Below, one piece after another: positions 20,877 through 30,139 of a stretch of DNA of 64,000 nucleotides. Within the stretch, counting starts at the first letter, position 1. The number at the start of each line of letters is the position of its first letter. Both the position numbers and the translations under genes were made by a program. The notes below the pieces were generated by a model. It searched no databases, had not been told where the DNA came from, and saw only the letters and a list, made by a program, of their open reading frames with translations. The DNA is from an uncultured Desulfarculus sp. (lineage in GTDB: Bacteria; Desulfobacterota; Desulfarculia; Desulfarculales; Desulfarculaceae), in the NCBI GenBank assembly GCA_963665125.2, contig CAXXUK010000001.1, forward strand, positions 1,568,001 through 1,632,000, read 5' to 3'.

Positions 20877-22100
20877 CTATTCGGACTTCTTTTTGCGGAG
20901 AGGCCGGACCTTTTTGTTAAGAAGGTCGGAGAGCATCTTTGTGCCGGTGGCGGCATATTTTTGGGTGTGCTTTAAGTCGGCATGGCCGAAGAGTCGGGCA
21001 ACGGTTTCCAGGCTCCAACCCTCGAGGTTGATAGCCTGCATTCCCCTGCTGTGCTTGGTGGCGTTGTAGAGATTGATCTCCGGCAAGCCGGCCTCCCTGG
21101 AGGCCTTGGCCCAGATGGCTCTCAGAAAGTCGGGATTGTAGAACCGCTTTGGGTTGCGGCTTGGGTTGGCCTTCATGTTGACGAATACCGGCATGTCCGG
21201 CATGCCTCGAGGCACCAGATCCAGGTAGGCCGCGAACTGCTCGGTGATGGGCAGTTCGTTGTCTGCTTTGGTCTTGGGCGTATTGGTGAGCTCCCGCCGG
21301 CTGAAGGTGCGGGCCAGGTAGAACACGCCTTCCGGCGCCAAGGGGTTGTTGCGGTCGATGCAATCCCACATCAGGGCGCATGCCTCTGCAGGCCGCGGGC
21401 CGTAGGTGAACATGAAGGAGAATATCGGCTTGTGCTCTTCCGGGATCTTCTCAAAGGCTGCATCCTGGAGCTCGGGCGCCAGCCACTTGATGCGCTTCTT
21501 GGGCACCGTGACCGATGGCACTTTGGGCATACGAGCGAGATCCTCCCGCTCCACGGCCTCCGCGAGGATGTGTTTGAGCTCAGAGAGAATATCAGCCCTG
21601 TATTTTGGCGATAGGCTGTGCAGGCCCTCCGATGCGGCAAAGTCCTGGATATGCGCTGTACGGAGCTCTCTGACGTTGATACCGTTGAACCACTCCATGT
21701 GCACGGCCATCTGTCGCTTCTTGTCGTGGTAGGCCGACGTACAGCGGCGCCCTTCCCTATCCAGGTAGGCAGCCATCCAGTTTTCCCACAGCAGTTGATT
21801 CTTGGACTTTACAACCCAGAGTTCGGGATAGAAGTTGCCTTCTCTGATCTGATCGCGGATTACTCCCAGAGCCAGTTGTGCGGCCTGGTAGGACTCGAAG
21901 CGCTGGCCTTTTTGATCGTGGGAGATGCGGCGGGTCTTGCCCTGCCACCAAAGCAGAATATCGACCTGCGTAGGCATATACTGCCCGCATTGGCAGGCCA
22001 GGAAGGAGATTTTGCCGTGGCTGACCTCTTCATATTGGCCCTTAGCCTTACAAACGGGGCACGTCTGCTGACTGACTATTCTGCCTGGTAGTCTAGTCAT
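20877..22100 (-). CDS. int: Phage tyrosine integrase with an N-terminal Cys-rich (zinc-ribbon-like) region
   Basis: YGPRPAEACAL, TPKTK, YNATKHS, LFGH and TQKY. ATG at 22100 follows AGAGGA. N-terminus has CPVC..CQC. Confidence 0.9.
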   Translation of the reverse strand: MTRLPGRIVSQQTCPVCKAKGQYEEVSHGKISFLACQCGQYMPTQVDILLWWQGKTRRISHDQKGQRFESYQAAQLALGVIRDQIREGNFYPELWVVKSKNQLLWENWMAAYLDREGRRCTSAYHDKKRQMAVHMEWFNGINVRELRTAHIQDFAASEGLHSLSPKYRADILSELKHILAEAVEREDLARMPKVPSVTVPKKRIKWLAPELQDAAFEKIPEEHKPIFSFMFTYGPRPAEACALMWDCIDRNNPLAPEGVFYLARTFSRRELTNTPKTKADNELPITEQFAAYLDLVPRGMPDMPVFVNMKANPSRNPKRFYNPDFLRAIWAKASREAGLPEINLYNATKHSRGMQAINLEGWSLETVARLFGHADLKHTQKYAATGTKMLSDLLNKKVRPLRKKKSE

Positions 22101-22140
22101 TGCATCCTCTTGCGCCGCCAGCAGCGCAAGTATTTGAGGC

Positions 22141-22205
22141 GAAAGACGTGAGCCCATCCTGGAGATGCTCCAGATATGGGCTCGGGACGTCAGATGTGAG
22201 TAGCA
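22141..22205 (-). ncRNA. Predicted small antisense RNA or structured integrase leader
   Basis: Starts just downstream of a consensus promoter. Unpaired 5' end GCUACUCACAUCU, then a long hairpin GACGU-CCC-GAGCCCAU-AU-CUGGAG-CAU-CUCCAG-G-AUGGGCUC-ACGUC followed by UUUC. The first 28 nt are complementary to 33683-33710. Confidence 0.6.
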
Positions 22206-22210
22206 ATCTG

Positions 22211-22239
22211 ATTCTAAAGATAATATTATGGACAGTCAA
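22211..22239 (-). promoter_or_regulatory. Near-consensus sigma-70 promoter for the sRNA/integrase transcript
   Basis: Minus strand TTGACT-17 nt-TAGAAT. Confidence 0.8.
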
Positions 22240-22392
22240 GGTTCATATGCAAGGCAATTACTAGTACCGGCTGAGCCGTCTTAAAATCATTCACGGCCAG
22301 GCCAGTACCTATTTACCACCGCATTTGTAGGCTATTGAGCCATTAGGAAGTGTCTTTATTAAGAAACCTTTTATTCACTAATTGGGGGATTT

Positions 22393-23040
22393 ATGGCATC
22401 GAAAGGCTGCGCCCTTCTCTTTTCGGGCGGCAGAGATTCTTCTCTTTCAGTAATAAAACTGTCCAGTTTTTTTAATGAACTTATGCTGATTACGATAACT
22501 TCTGACCATCTATATGGTATCGAGCAAGTTAAAGAGCGATTAGAAGAATTATCATCATTGCTTACTATTCGTTTAAATTGGGTCTTAGTTAGACAAGAGA
22601 TAAATATAACTACTAACTATGGATCTTTTTTGCCGACCTGTCTTCCGTGTCAAAGTGAATATATCTCGATAGGTACAAAATTTTGTATTGAGAACGGAAT
22701 AAATCACTTAGGACTTGGATACGCCAGCTATCAATCTGTGTGGCCGGAGCAATCGCCAGAAGCAATTTCAATATTACACAACATATTAAATAAGTACGGT
22801 ATTACTCTTGAATTACCAGTGTACGATATAGACTCCAAAGAAGAGGCAATAAATCTTTTGGAGCATCACGGTCTAAGCCCCTTTTCTCTTGAACAGAAAT
22901 GCCAACGGCAAGAGACCAACATAGAACTAAGCCAATCTGAACTTAACATAGAACTATCAAAATGGGAGAAAAGCATCCGTGAAAACCTAGAAATGATTAA
23001 AACACTTCCAATGGAGATTTTGGAGTCAGTTACATTATGA
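22393..23040 (+). CDS. PP-loop adenine-nucleotide alpha-hydrolase (QueC/ThiI-like superfamily)
   Basis: LLFSGGRDSS PP-loop, CLPC and a later Cys (EQKC). Confidence 0.75.
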   Translation: MASKGCALLFSGGRDSSLSVIKLSSFFNELMLITITSDHLYGIEQVKERLEELSSLLTIRLNWVLVRQEINITTNYGSFLPTCLPCQSEYISIGTKFCIENGINHLGLGYASYQSVWPEQSPEAISILHNILNKYGITLELPVYDIDSKEEAINLLEHHGLSPFSLEQKCQRQETNIELSQSELNIELSKWEKSIRENLEMIKTLPMEILESVTL

Positions 23041-24176
23041 ATTTAATTATTTATTTTGCTGATAACAGCACTACCAGCTCGCCCCTAAATATATATACTA
23101 TTTCAGCAGGACTCTTGGCATTCATTTTAGCTTTTTATGCATTAGTCGCGCGTGAAAGAAAAACACCATATATTACAAAATCAATTTATTTTATTTGCGG
23201 TATAATTTTATTTACTCTATCAATTACGGTTTTATCTGACCTCATTAATTATGAACCACTATCTGGCTTCTTAAAATTATTATCCGTTATTAGTCTTATT
23301 TTTTGTTTGATCTACATTTTTGTCAGAATTGTAGTCATACATAATCGTCATATTAATTTCAGAGATGACAGTCCTTTTAAAAATAGTATTTTCGTCAGAA
23401 AAGTAAAATATTATTTTCGCAAAATACGTAAAGGCAAGCCATACGAACACAATCCAGATGCTTTTGATGGCGCCTTTATTGCTGCCATTGGTTCAATGGA
23501 CTTTGTTGATAATGACACCTTAATGGAAATATTAGATGCGAATAAATTAAACAAATCATCTTTATCTGTAGCTTTATCAATATCCGACAAGAAAGAATTA
23601 GATTATAAACTATCAGAGATAGTTGGCAAACTGCATCAAACAAATTGTTTCTTTCAATATATGTCATGCTCTAGACACCCTATTGAATTTGTGAAGTTCC
23701 TTGAAAGGAAAGAGGATCAAATCTGGGAATCTATCAAAAAAAGGCTCGTAGTAGTAGATGCATACACTCCGCATTTTGGATTTACCGATTCAATTTATAC
23801 GTTTTTTGATGCTGAGATTGAAAATTCACCTATCCCCCTTGTCAAATCATCTCCTACATATGCTGGAATGCATACTGCGGCAACAAAAGCCTTTAACGAG
23901 GTACGCAAAATCGCTAAAAGCAAAAATCAACGTCCAGTAACAGTTGTTATATATGAGACTCCGTACGCAGTATCTGAAGTTGAATCTGAAGAACAATATA
24001 AGATTTTCTTAAGGCATGTTATACCCTCTGAAAAATTATGGGGCGGAATGATTACCATTTGGATTGAGAATGGGTTAAACGATGATAGCTGGAAATTATT
24101 AAAATCCCTTGCAGATATCCATTGGGAACAAGAATGCACCGCTATAGAACCGATAGCGGGTAATGAGGAAAAGTAA
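23037..24176 (+). CDS. Membrane protein: about 3 TM helices plus a degenerate KaiC/RAD55-like domain
   Basis: Three hydrophobic N-terminal segments. The C-terminal pattern RLVVVDAYT..VVIYET..IFLRH..LKSLAD resembles the RAD55/KaiC fold, but no Walker A motif is present. Confidence 0.55.
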   Translation: MNLIIYFADNSTTSSPLNIYTISAGLLAFILAFYALVARERKTPYITKSIYFICGIILFTLSITVLSDLINYEPLSGFLKLLSVISLIFCLIYIFVRIVVIHNRHINFRDDSPFKNSIFVRKVKYYFRKIRKGKPYEHNPDAFDGAFIAAIGSMDFVDNDTLMEILDANKLNKSSLSVALSISDKKELDYKLSEIVGKLHQTNCFFQYMSCSRHPIEFVKFLERKEDQIWESIKKRLVVVDAYTPHFGFTDSIYTFFDAEIENSPIPLVKSSPTYAGMHTAATKAFNEVRKIAKSKNQRPVTVVIYETPYAVSEVESEEQYKIFLRHVIPSEKLWGGMITIWIENGLNDDSWKLLKSLADIHWEQECTAIEPIAGNEEK

Positions 24177-25435
24177 TGCAGTACCTAGATCCATTATATG
24201 GTGATGTAGAAATTCCTCATCCTATAGATGTGTTAGCCAAAGACGCTACCGTTCAGCGTCTTAGACATATCCGTCTATCAAACATTGATTCATTGCAGAT
24301 GCCTGGTATTGCGAACATTTCACGCTTTGAACATTCTCTAGGAGTTTGGTATCTAACGTCAATAGCTGGTTTCATGAATAGTATTTCTGGCGATGATGCA
24401 CTTATAATACAGGCAGCAGCTTTATTACATGACTGTATGATCTCGCCATATGGACACTTGGTCGAAGAGGCGATGAGCTTTTTGAGTATCTCTTTCAACC
24501 ATGAAACCAAATTAAATGAACTTTTAAATATTTACAAAACGGACGAGATAGGCGGCATCGATTCTCAAGTTCTTTTTGGTAGAAGTGCTCAAATCAGAAA
24601 GTGGGTTTTGGGCCATTTTGACCGAAGCTTCGAAGAAGTGCTTAACGATATCGGAGCTACAATACAGGGTAAGGGAGATTTCGGCCAGGCAATTTCTGGC
24701 GACATTGATTTAGACAACATTGACAACGTGTGTCGAGCAGCATACCATATGGGAATTTCTTTTAATAAAAGGTTACCTGTTTTGCTTGCGAAGTCATTGA
24801 AATTGCTCAATAGCAGTGTTGCTATAGATTCAAGCGCAGTCCAACTATTGAATGATTGGCTTATCCTTAGAAAAGAAGTCTATACTCATTTTATGCTATC
24901 CGAATTAGATTTTATCGGAAAGCTAATGTTAATTTATACAACAATTTATGCACTTCAAAACTCAATTATTGCGAAAGATGAGTGGAAATCAAACGATCTT
25001 GATTTTGCAATTAAGCTATTGAGCCGTAACGCATCAGGGGATTACAATATTCCTGAGGCCAAAAACCATTTTTTAAGATGGCTTGTCGGCGATTTGTGGG
25101 ACATATCAGACTTAACATGGTTTAGATACCCCGCCCCTGATTATCCAGATCTTTTAGAGTTCAATAAACAAATTTCATTTATTTTAGGGCGTGACTGTTA
25201 CTCATATAGGATTAAGGATAAGCGCTCAAGAAAAATTACCATTCTAACAAGCAATCAAGACAGGTTATCCTTGGGTGATGATCCTAATCGGTGGCTTTTA
25301 GGTGTTGGATCTCCAGTAAAAAAAGATTTTACAAAGCATGAAAATAATTTAATCATAAAAAATGCATGCAACTTTTTTGGGTGCGAGTATATGGGACCAG
25401 CAAATGTGATTTCACAACAAGGGCAACTGTTTTAG
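24176..25435 (+). CDS. HD-domain phosphohydrolase, SAMHD1/dNTPase-like
   Basis: DPLYG, VQRLRHIRL, SRFEHSLGV, AALLHD..PYGH and IDLDNIDNVCR. Confidence 0.85.
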   Translation: MQYLDPLYGDVEIPHPIDVLAKDATVQRLRHIRLSNIDSLQMPGIANISRFEHSLGVWYLTSIAGFMNSISGDDALIIQAAALLHDCMISPYGHLVEEAMSFLSISFNHETKLNELLNIYKTDEIGGIDSQVLFGRSAQIRKWVLGHFDRSFEEVLNDIGATIQGKGDFGQAISGDIDLDNIDNVCRAAYHMGISFNKRLPVLLAKSLKLLNSSVAIDSSAVQLLNDWLILRKEVYTHFMLSELDFIGKLMLIYTTIYALQNSIIAKDEWKSNDLDFAIKLLSRNASGDYNIPEAKNHFLRWLVGDLWDISDLTWFRYPAPDYPDLLEFNKQISFILGRDCYSYRIKDKRSRKITILTSNQDRLSLGDDPNRWLLGVGSPVKKDFTKHENNLIIKNACNFFGCEYMGPANVISQQGQLF

Positions 25436-25444
25436 GAATTTTAA

Positions 25445-26614
25445 ATGCCGAGTGCTGACACAATAACTACTCAGCTTGATAAAATTGACTGGAACTTTAC
25501 AAGCGTTCAAACACCTAAATATTCCATTCATTCAATTCATTATTTTCCAGGAAATTTTATTCTACAAATACCAAACTATTTAATGAATTTATTAAGTGAG
25601 CCAGGCGATACAATCCTTGATCCTTTCTGTGGAAGCGGCACAACCGGTATTGAATCTATATTGCAAGACCGAAACGCCTGTATGTTTGATAATAATGAGA
25701 TGGCCATCCTCATATCTCAGGCGAAACAAATAATTCTTAGCTATAGCTGCCTTTACGACGATATCAACACATTGATTTCACATCTCTTTTGGGATGATGT
25801 AATAGGAAGCCATAACATAGCCAATAACGCGCTAGAAAACTCTGAATATTTGGTCAAATGGTATCATCCTCAAACATTACGCCAACTAATTTTTATATGG
25901 GATCAAATTAGTAAGTTTTCTAATACTAAATCATATATTGTCTTTCAAACTATTTTTTCAGACTTATTGTTCGCATGTACAAGCACTAAAAGGCAGTCTA
26001 CGTCGTCAGGTGGCGTTAGGAGACACCATTGGGGCTGGGTGGCAGACAATGTTGCGCCTAAGGAATTAACAAGGCACAATGCCATTGAGACAATGAAACA
26101 AAAGCTTCTCAACGTTTTGGACATTATTTCAAGGCACTCAAAAGATAATCTAGGAACCTTTTCAATCAGTCATGGAGATTGCAGAAATCTTCCATTAGAA
26201 GACGACACGATTGATTGTATCATCACCTCTCCGCCGTATATATCAATGATCGACTATACCATGGCAAATAGGATGTTTTATACATGGATGGATTGGGATC
26301 TCAATAAAACACGTAATGATGAAATTGGAGCAAGATATAAACGGTTTAGAAAGTACTCCTTTACTGAGTATCTCAAGGACATTGATTCCTGTTGCTTTGA
26401 GCTGAACAGAGTTCTAAAGCCAACCAAATATTGCGCTATTATTATTGGAGCATCAAGAAAATATCCCCATGCATTAGACGAAGTGGTAGGCATTTTTAAG
26501 AATCATTTTCAGTTGATTTGGGGGCCTACACTACGGCAAACAACGCGATCTCGACTTCGTGAAAGAAAAGGAAGTGCAGCTTCAGAGGCAATATGCGTAT
26601 TCCAAAAAAACTAA
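25445..26614 (+). CDS. SAM-dependent DNA amino-methyltransferase (SPPY, m4C-type)
   Basis: HYFPGNF, motif I LDPFCGSGTT, then motif IV ITSPPY. Confidence 0.85.
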   Translation: MPSADTITTQLDKIDWNFTSVQTPKYSIHSIHYFPGNFILQIPNYLMNLLSEPGDTILDPFCGSGTTGIESILQDRNACMFDNNEMAILISQAKQIILSYSCLYDDINTLISHLFWDDVIGSHNIANNALENSEYLVKWYHPQTLRQLIFIWDQISKFSNTKSYIVFQTIFSDLLFACTSTKRQSTSSGGVRRHHWGWVADNVAPKELTRHNAIETMKQKLLNVLDIISRHSKDNLGTFSISHGDCRNLPLEDDTIDCIITSPPYISMIDYTMANRMFYTWMDWDLNKTRNDEIGARYKRFRKYSFTEYLKDIDSCCFELNRVLKPTKYCAIIIGASRKYPHALDEVVGIFKNHFQLIWGPTLRQTTRSRLRERKGSAASEAICVFQKN

Positions 26615-27117
26615 GAAAAGTTGCACTATTTGGTGGTTCTTGTACAGGCAAGACAACAATAGGTGCTGGGCTTTCGAGTAAGCTTAATTATAAGATTAGA
26701 TATTGTGGTCAGGAATTAAAAGATCTTGCACGTGAGCACGGATATTACGATTTAGATAACGTTCCTCTCAGTATTCATGAAGAGGTTGACAGAGCTACCA
26801 AAGAATTTGTCTCCAGTTCTACAACGCCATGTATTGTCGAAGGAAGGTTCCTTAACTTTGTACTGTTCGATAGTGATGACATAATTTTTATAGAGGTTAA
26901 ATGTAATGATGGTGAAAGGCAAGATAGACTTTTATCTAGATTTGGCAATTCAACTAATTTATTAATAAGTGACATTGATTGCAAAGATCGTGCTTTTACG
27001 GCTGAGACATATAAATACGCATTGAACTCATTGCCTGAAGCAATTACCGTTGACACTTCATCAATAGGCATTGATGAATGCGTAGCAATAATTATTGATA
27101 CTATAATGAAACAATAA
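26593..27117 (+). CDS. P-loop nucleoside monophosphate kinase (cytidylate kinase-like)
   Basis: GGSCTGKTT, IVEGR, ERQDRLLSR lid and ITVDTS. Confidence 0.8.
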   Translation: MRIPKKLRKVALFGGSCTGKTTIGAGLSSKLNYKIRYCGQELKDLAREHGYYDLDNVPLSIHEEVDRATKEFVSSSTTPCIVEGRFLNFVLFDSDDIIFIEVKCNDGERQDRLLSRFGNSTNLLISDIDCKDRAFTAETYKYALNSLPEAITVDTSSIGIDECVAIIIDTIMKQ

Positions 27118-28343
27118 TGAACCAAATTAACTTTATACATCCTTACCCCGCCATGATACCTGATCAGGTATCAGAAGGCTTGATAAGTGAGTTTGCTCAT
27201 AATAAAGCTACCCTATTAGATCCATTTTGCGGTTCAGGTAGAATTGTTTTTAATTCTTCCTTACTCGGGCACGACTCTGTTGGAATAGACATTAACCCCT
27301 TAGCTTGCTTGATAGCAAAATCAAAAAACATTAACATACCAGAGCCTAGGTTTTCAGAAATCTATGATTCGATACTACTTTTCAGGTCATCAAATTCCAA
27401 TATCTCTCGTTATGATGTTGAACCCAACCGAAAAGTAAACTGGTTTTCAGAACAGAATAAGAATGAGCTATGTCAAATCATTGAATACATCAACCAGAAT
27501 ATCGTGTCATATGAAGAATTAGTCTTTCTATCTACAGTTCTGAGCGCCACAGTCAGAGAAGTTTCGTTTTGTAGAAATGACCAATGGAAACTTCATCGTT
27601 TGAGCAAAGACAAGCGTGACCGCCTTACTGTATCGGCCTGGGATGTCTTCCTGCGTCGGTTGATGAAAATGGAAGGTGCAATTACAACAAATAATAAACC
27701 GAGAGGTTCCTACTCCATCCTCAATGGTGACACTAAAAATTTGTGCGACTTCCCTGGGCTAACTCCTCGCGATCAACTATTTGATATTGTAATTACTTCT
27801 CCACCTTATGGTGATTCAAAAACCACCGTTCAATATGGAGCTATGTCCAGTCTTTGCCTTGGCGTGCTGATGAACATCAAGGATTTAAATATCACTTTCA
27901 TCTCGGGTCAACATATTGACAATCTTTGCCTAGGCGGCGATCAGCCATATAGCAACAACAAGCTACTTCACGATGGCTTTAACCTGAAAGATTACTGGCA
28001 TGGTGGGCAAGACAACTCCGCCATTAGTAGAGTTATTTCATTTTCAAACGACCTGATAGAAAGTACTTCTCAGATATGTAAGCAGGTAAAGCGAGATGGT
28101 ACTATCATTTTTGTTGTATCTAGGCGCCTTGTAGGCGGTTGGCGCTATTACATTGATAAGCTATTGATTGATACCATGAATAAAAATGGTTGGTTTATCA
28201 GTGAGGTGAGGCGGAGAAAGATTATTTCAAAAGTAGCGCCTGCTTACATTAACCGCTTGGCACGATTAAAAGGAAATAACAATTCAAGGTATTCTAGAGT
28301 GCCGACCATGAGGGAAGAATATATTTTGATCTTTAATGCCTGA
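27117..28343 (+). CDS. Second SAM-dependent DNA amino-methyltransferase (SPPY, m4C-type)
   Basis: IHPYPAMI, LDPFCGSG, ITSPPYGDSKTTVQYG and TMREEYILI. Confidence 0.85.
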   Translation: MNQINFIHPYPAMIPDQVSEGLISEFAHNKATLLDPFCGSGRIVFNSSLLGHDSVGIDINPLACLIAKSKNINIPEPRFSEIYDSILLFRSSNSNISRYDVEPNRKVNWFSEQNKNELCQIIEYINQNIVSYEELVFLSTVLSATVREVSFCRNDQWKLHRLSKDKRDRLTVSAWDVFLRRLMKMEGAITTNNKPRGSYSILNGDTKNLCDFPGLTPRDQLFDIVITSPPYGDSKTTVQYGAMSSLCLGVLMNIKDLNITFISGQHIDNLCLGGDQPYSNNKLLHDGFNLKDYWHGGQDNSAISRVISFSNDLIESTSQICKQVKRDGTIIFVVSRRLVGGWRYYIDKLLIDTMNKNGWFISEVRRRKIISKVAPAYINRLARLKGNNNSRYSRVPTMREEYILIFNA

Positions 28344-28988
28344 TTTGACCGCACATTTTATCTAAGAAAGGTTAACCAAAGGGATGAGCAAATATGCAAA
28401 GAAACCATAGAGCAATAAAATATAAACTAATAAGTGACTGAACACCTGAGACGAACCTTGCACTACCAGTAGCATATAGTTTATAGTTTTCAAACTGCAA
28501 ACCAGATATCCACCTATTGAAATTCATGTCTCGCCATCCAAAATGGAAGGCGGATAATATCGAATAAAATAAAGCCAATCGAAGTCTTTTCCAATGAAAA
28601 CCATCATATTCAATTACTGTCGGCTCGGAACCAATAATGGCGCCACCACTTATTGGCATGGCTATTTTCACAATTGATCCTTCTCTGTTCTTCCCAAGAT
28701 AGTAATAGTAACAAAAAGAAAACATTACAATAAACGAAAGCAGAAAAGAGAGTGGACGAAATGGAGCCAAGCCCCAGTAAGTAGTATATCCAAATAGAAT
28801 AAAATTTAATCCCCCTTCTAATTGCGTTATTACTGAATCTGATTCCAACATCTTAAGGGTATCTTGACAATTGATGGCAAAAACGACGCCCCGATCTTGA
28901 TTTGTTAAACCAAGACGCAGAGGTGGACCCCAAAAATCGGACAATAGTGTAAGGTGGTATGGATGAGTCCGATGGAGGGACACCAGCT

Positions 28989-29276
28989 ATGAGCAAGACC
29001 AAACGCAGGCGCTTTTCGGCCGAATTCAAGGCCACGGTAGCGCTGGAGGCATTGAAGGGCGAGCAGACTCTTTCCGAGCTGGCAGCACGGTTTGACATCC
29101 ACCCCAATATGATTGCGCAGTGGAAGCGCCAGGCCACCGAAGGCCTGACAGAAGTTTTCTCCAGCAAGGGTGCGAAGCAGCAAGAGGCCGGAGAATCCCA
29201 GATCAAGGAGCTTCATGCAAAGATTGGGCAGTTGACCATTGAACGGGATTTTTTGGCCAAGGCCTCCGGTCGCTGA
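28989..29276 (+). CDS. IS3 transposase OrfA
   Basis: RRRFSAEFKATVAL HTH region and LHAKIGQLTIERDFL zipper. Confidence 0.9.
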   Translation: MSKTKRRRFSAEFKATVALEALKGEQTLSELAARFDIHPNMIAQWKRQATEGLTEVFSSKGAKQQEAGESQIKELHAKIGQLTIERDFLAKASGR

Positions 29277-30139
29277 GCTTTGATCGGAGGAAAGCGATGG
29301 TGAAGGCAAGCAGGCCCAAGGGATTGAGCATTGTCCGCCAATGTGAGCTCCTGGGAATCAGCCGCTCATCGTTTTATTAAGAAGCCACGGGCGAAAACCC
29401 GCTGAATATTGAGCTGATGCGCAAGATGGATGAGCAGTTTCTGGAAACGCCCTGGTACGGCTCTCGTCAGATGGTCCGCTGGCTCCGGCGTGAGGGGCAT
29501 CGCGTGGGCAGGAAGCGGGTGGTGCGGCTGATGCGCAAGATGGGGCTTAGCCCCGTCTACCAGAAGCCCGGGACATCCAAGCCCCAGCCGGGGCACAAGG
29601 TTTACCCCTATTTACTGCGCGGGGTGGAGATAAGCGAACCCGGCCACATCTGGTGCGCCGATATCACTTATATCCCGATGAGGCGTGGTTTTCTCTACCT
29701 GGTGGCGATCATGGACTGGGCCAGCCGCAAGGTGCTGAGCTGGCGACTGTCCAACACCTTGGATGCTGATTTTTGCGTGGCCGCCTTGAGTGATGCCCTG
29801 CGAAGGTTTCCCAACCCCCTGATTTTCAATACCGATCAGGGGAGCCAATTCACAAGCTTTGGCTTTACCCAGGTGCTCAAGGATGCTGATATCAAAATTT
29901 CCATGGATGGCAAAGGCCGCTGGATGGACAATGTCATGATCGAACGCCTGTGGCGCTCTCTCAAATATGAATGTGTCTATCTGCATGCCTTTGAGACGGG
30001 AAGCGAGGCCAGGAAGGGAATCGGCTCCTGGATCGATTACTATAACCAACGGCGACCCCACTCCAGCCTGGATGGCAAAACGACGGACGAGGCATACTGG
30101 GGCCGACCCACGACGGGATTGACCGAAACGGCGGCATGA
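29273..30139 (+). pseudogene. IS3 transposase OrfB (DDE) with a premature stop
   Basis: WCADITY, FNTDQGSQF and IERLWRSLKYE. In-frame TAA at 29378-29380 in RQCELLGISRSSFY*. Confidence 0.8.

Noticed and set aside
22393..28343. Calling the cargo operon Dpd, QatABCD, BREX, DISARM or a type II/III R-M system
   Set aside because: The signature partners (DpdA/TGT, TatD, PglZ, helicases, restriction endonuclease) are not recognisable.
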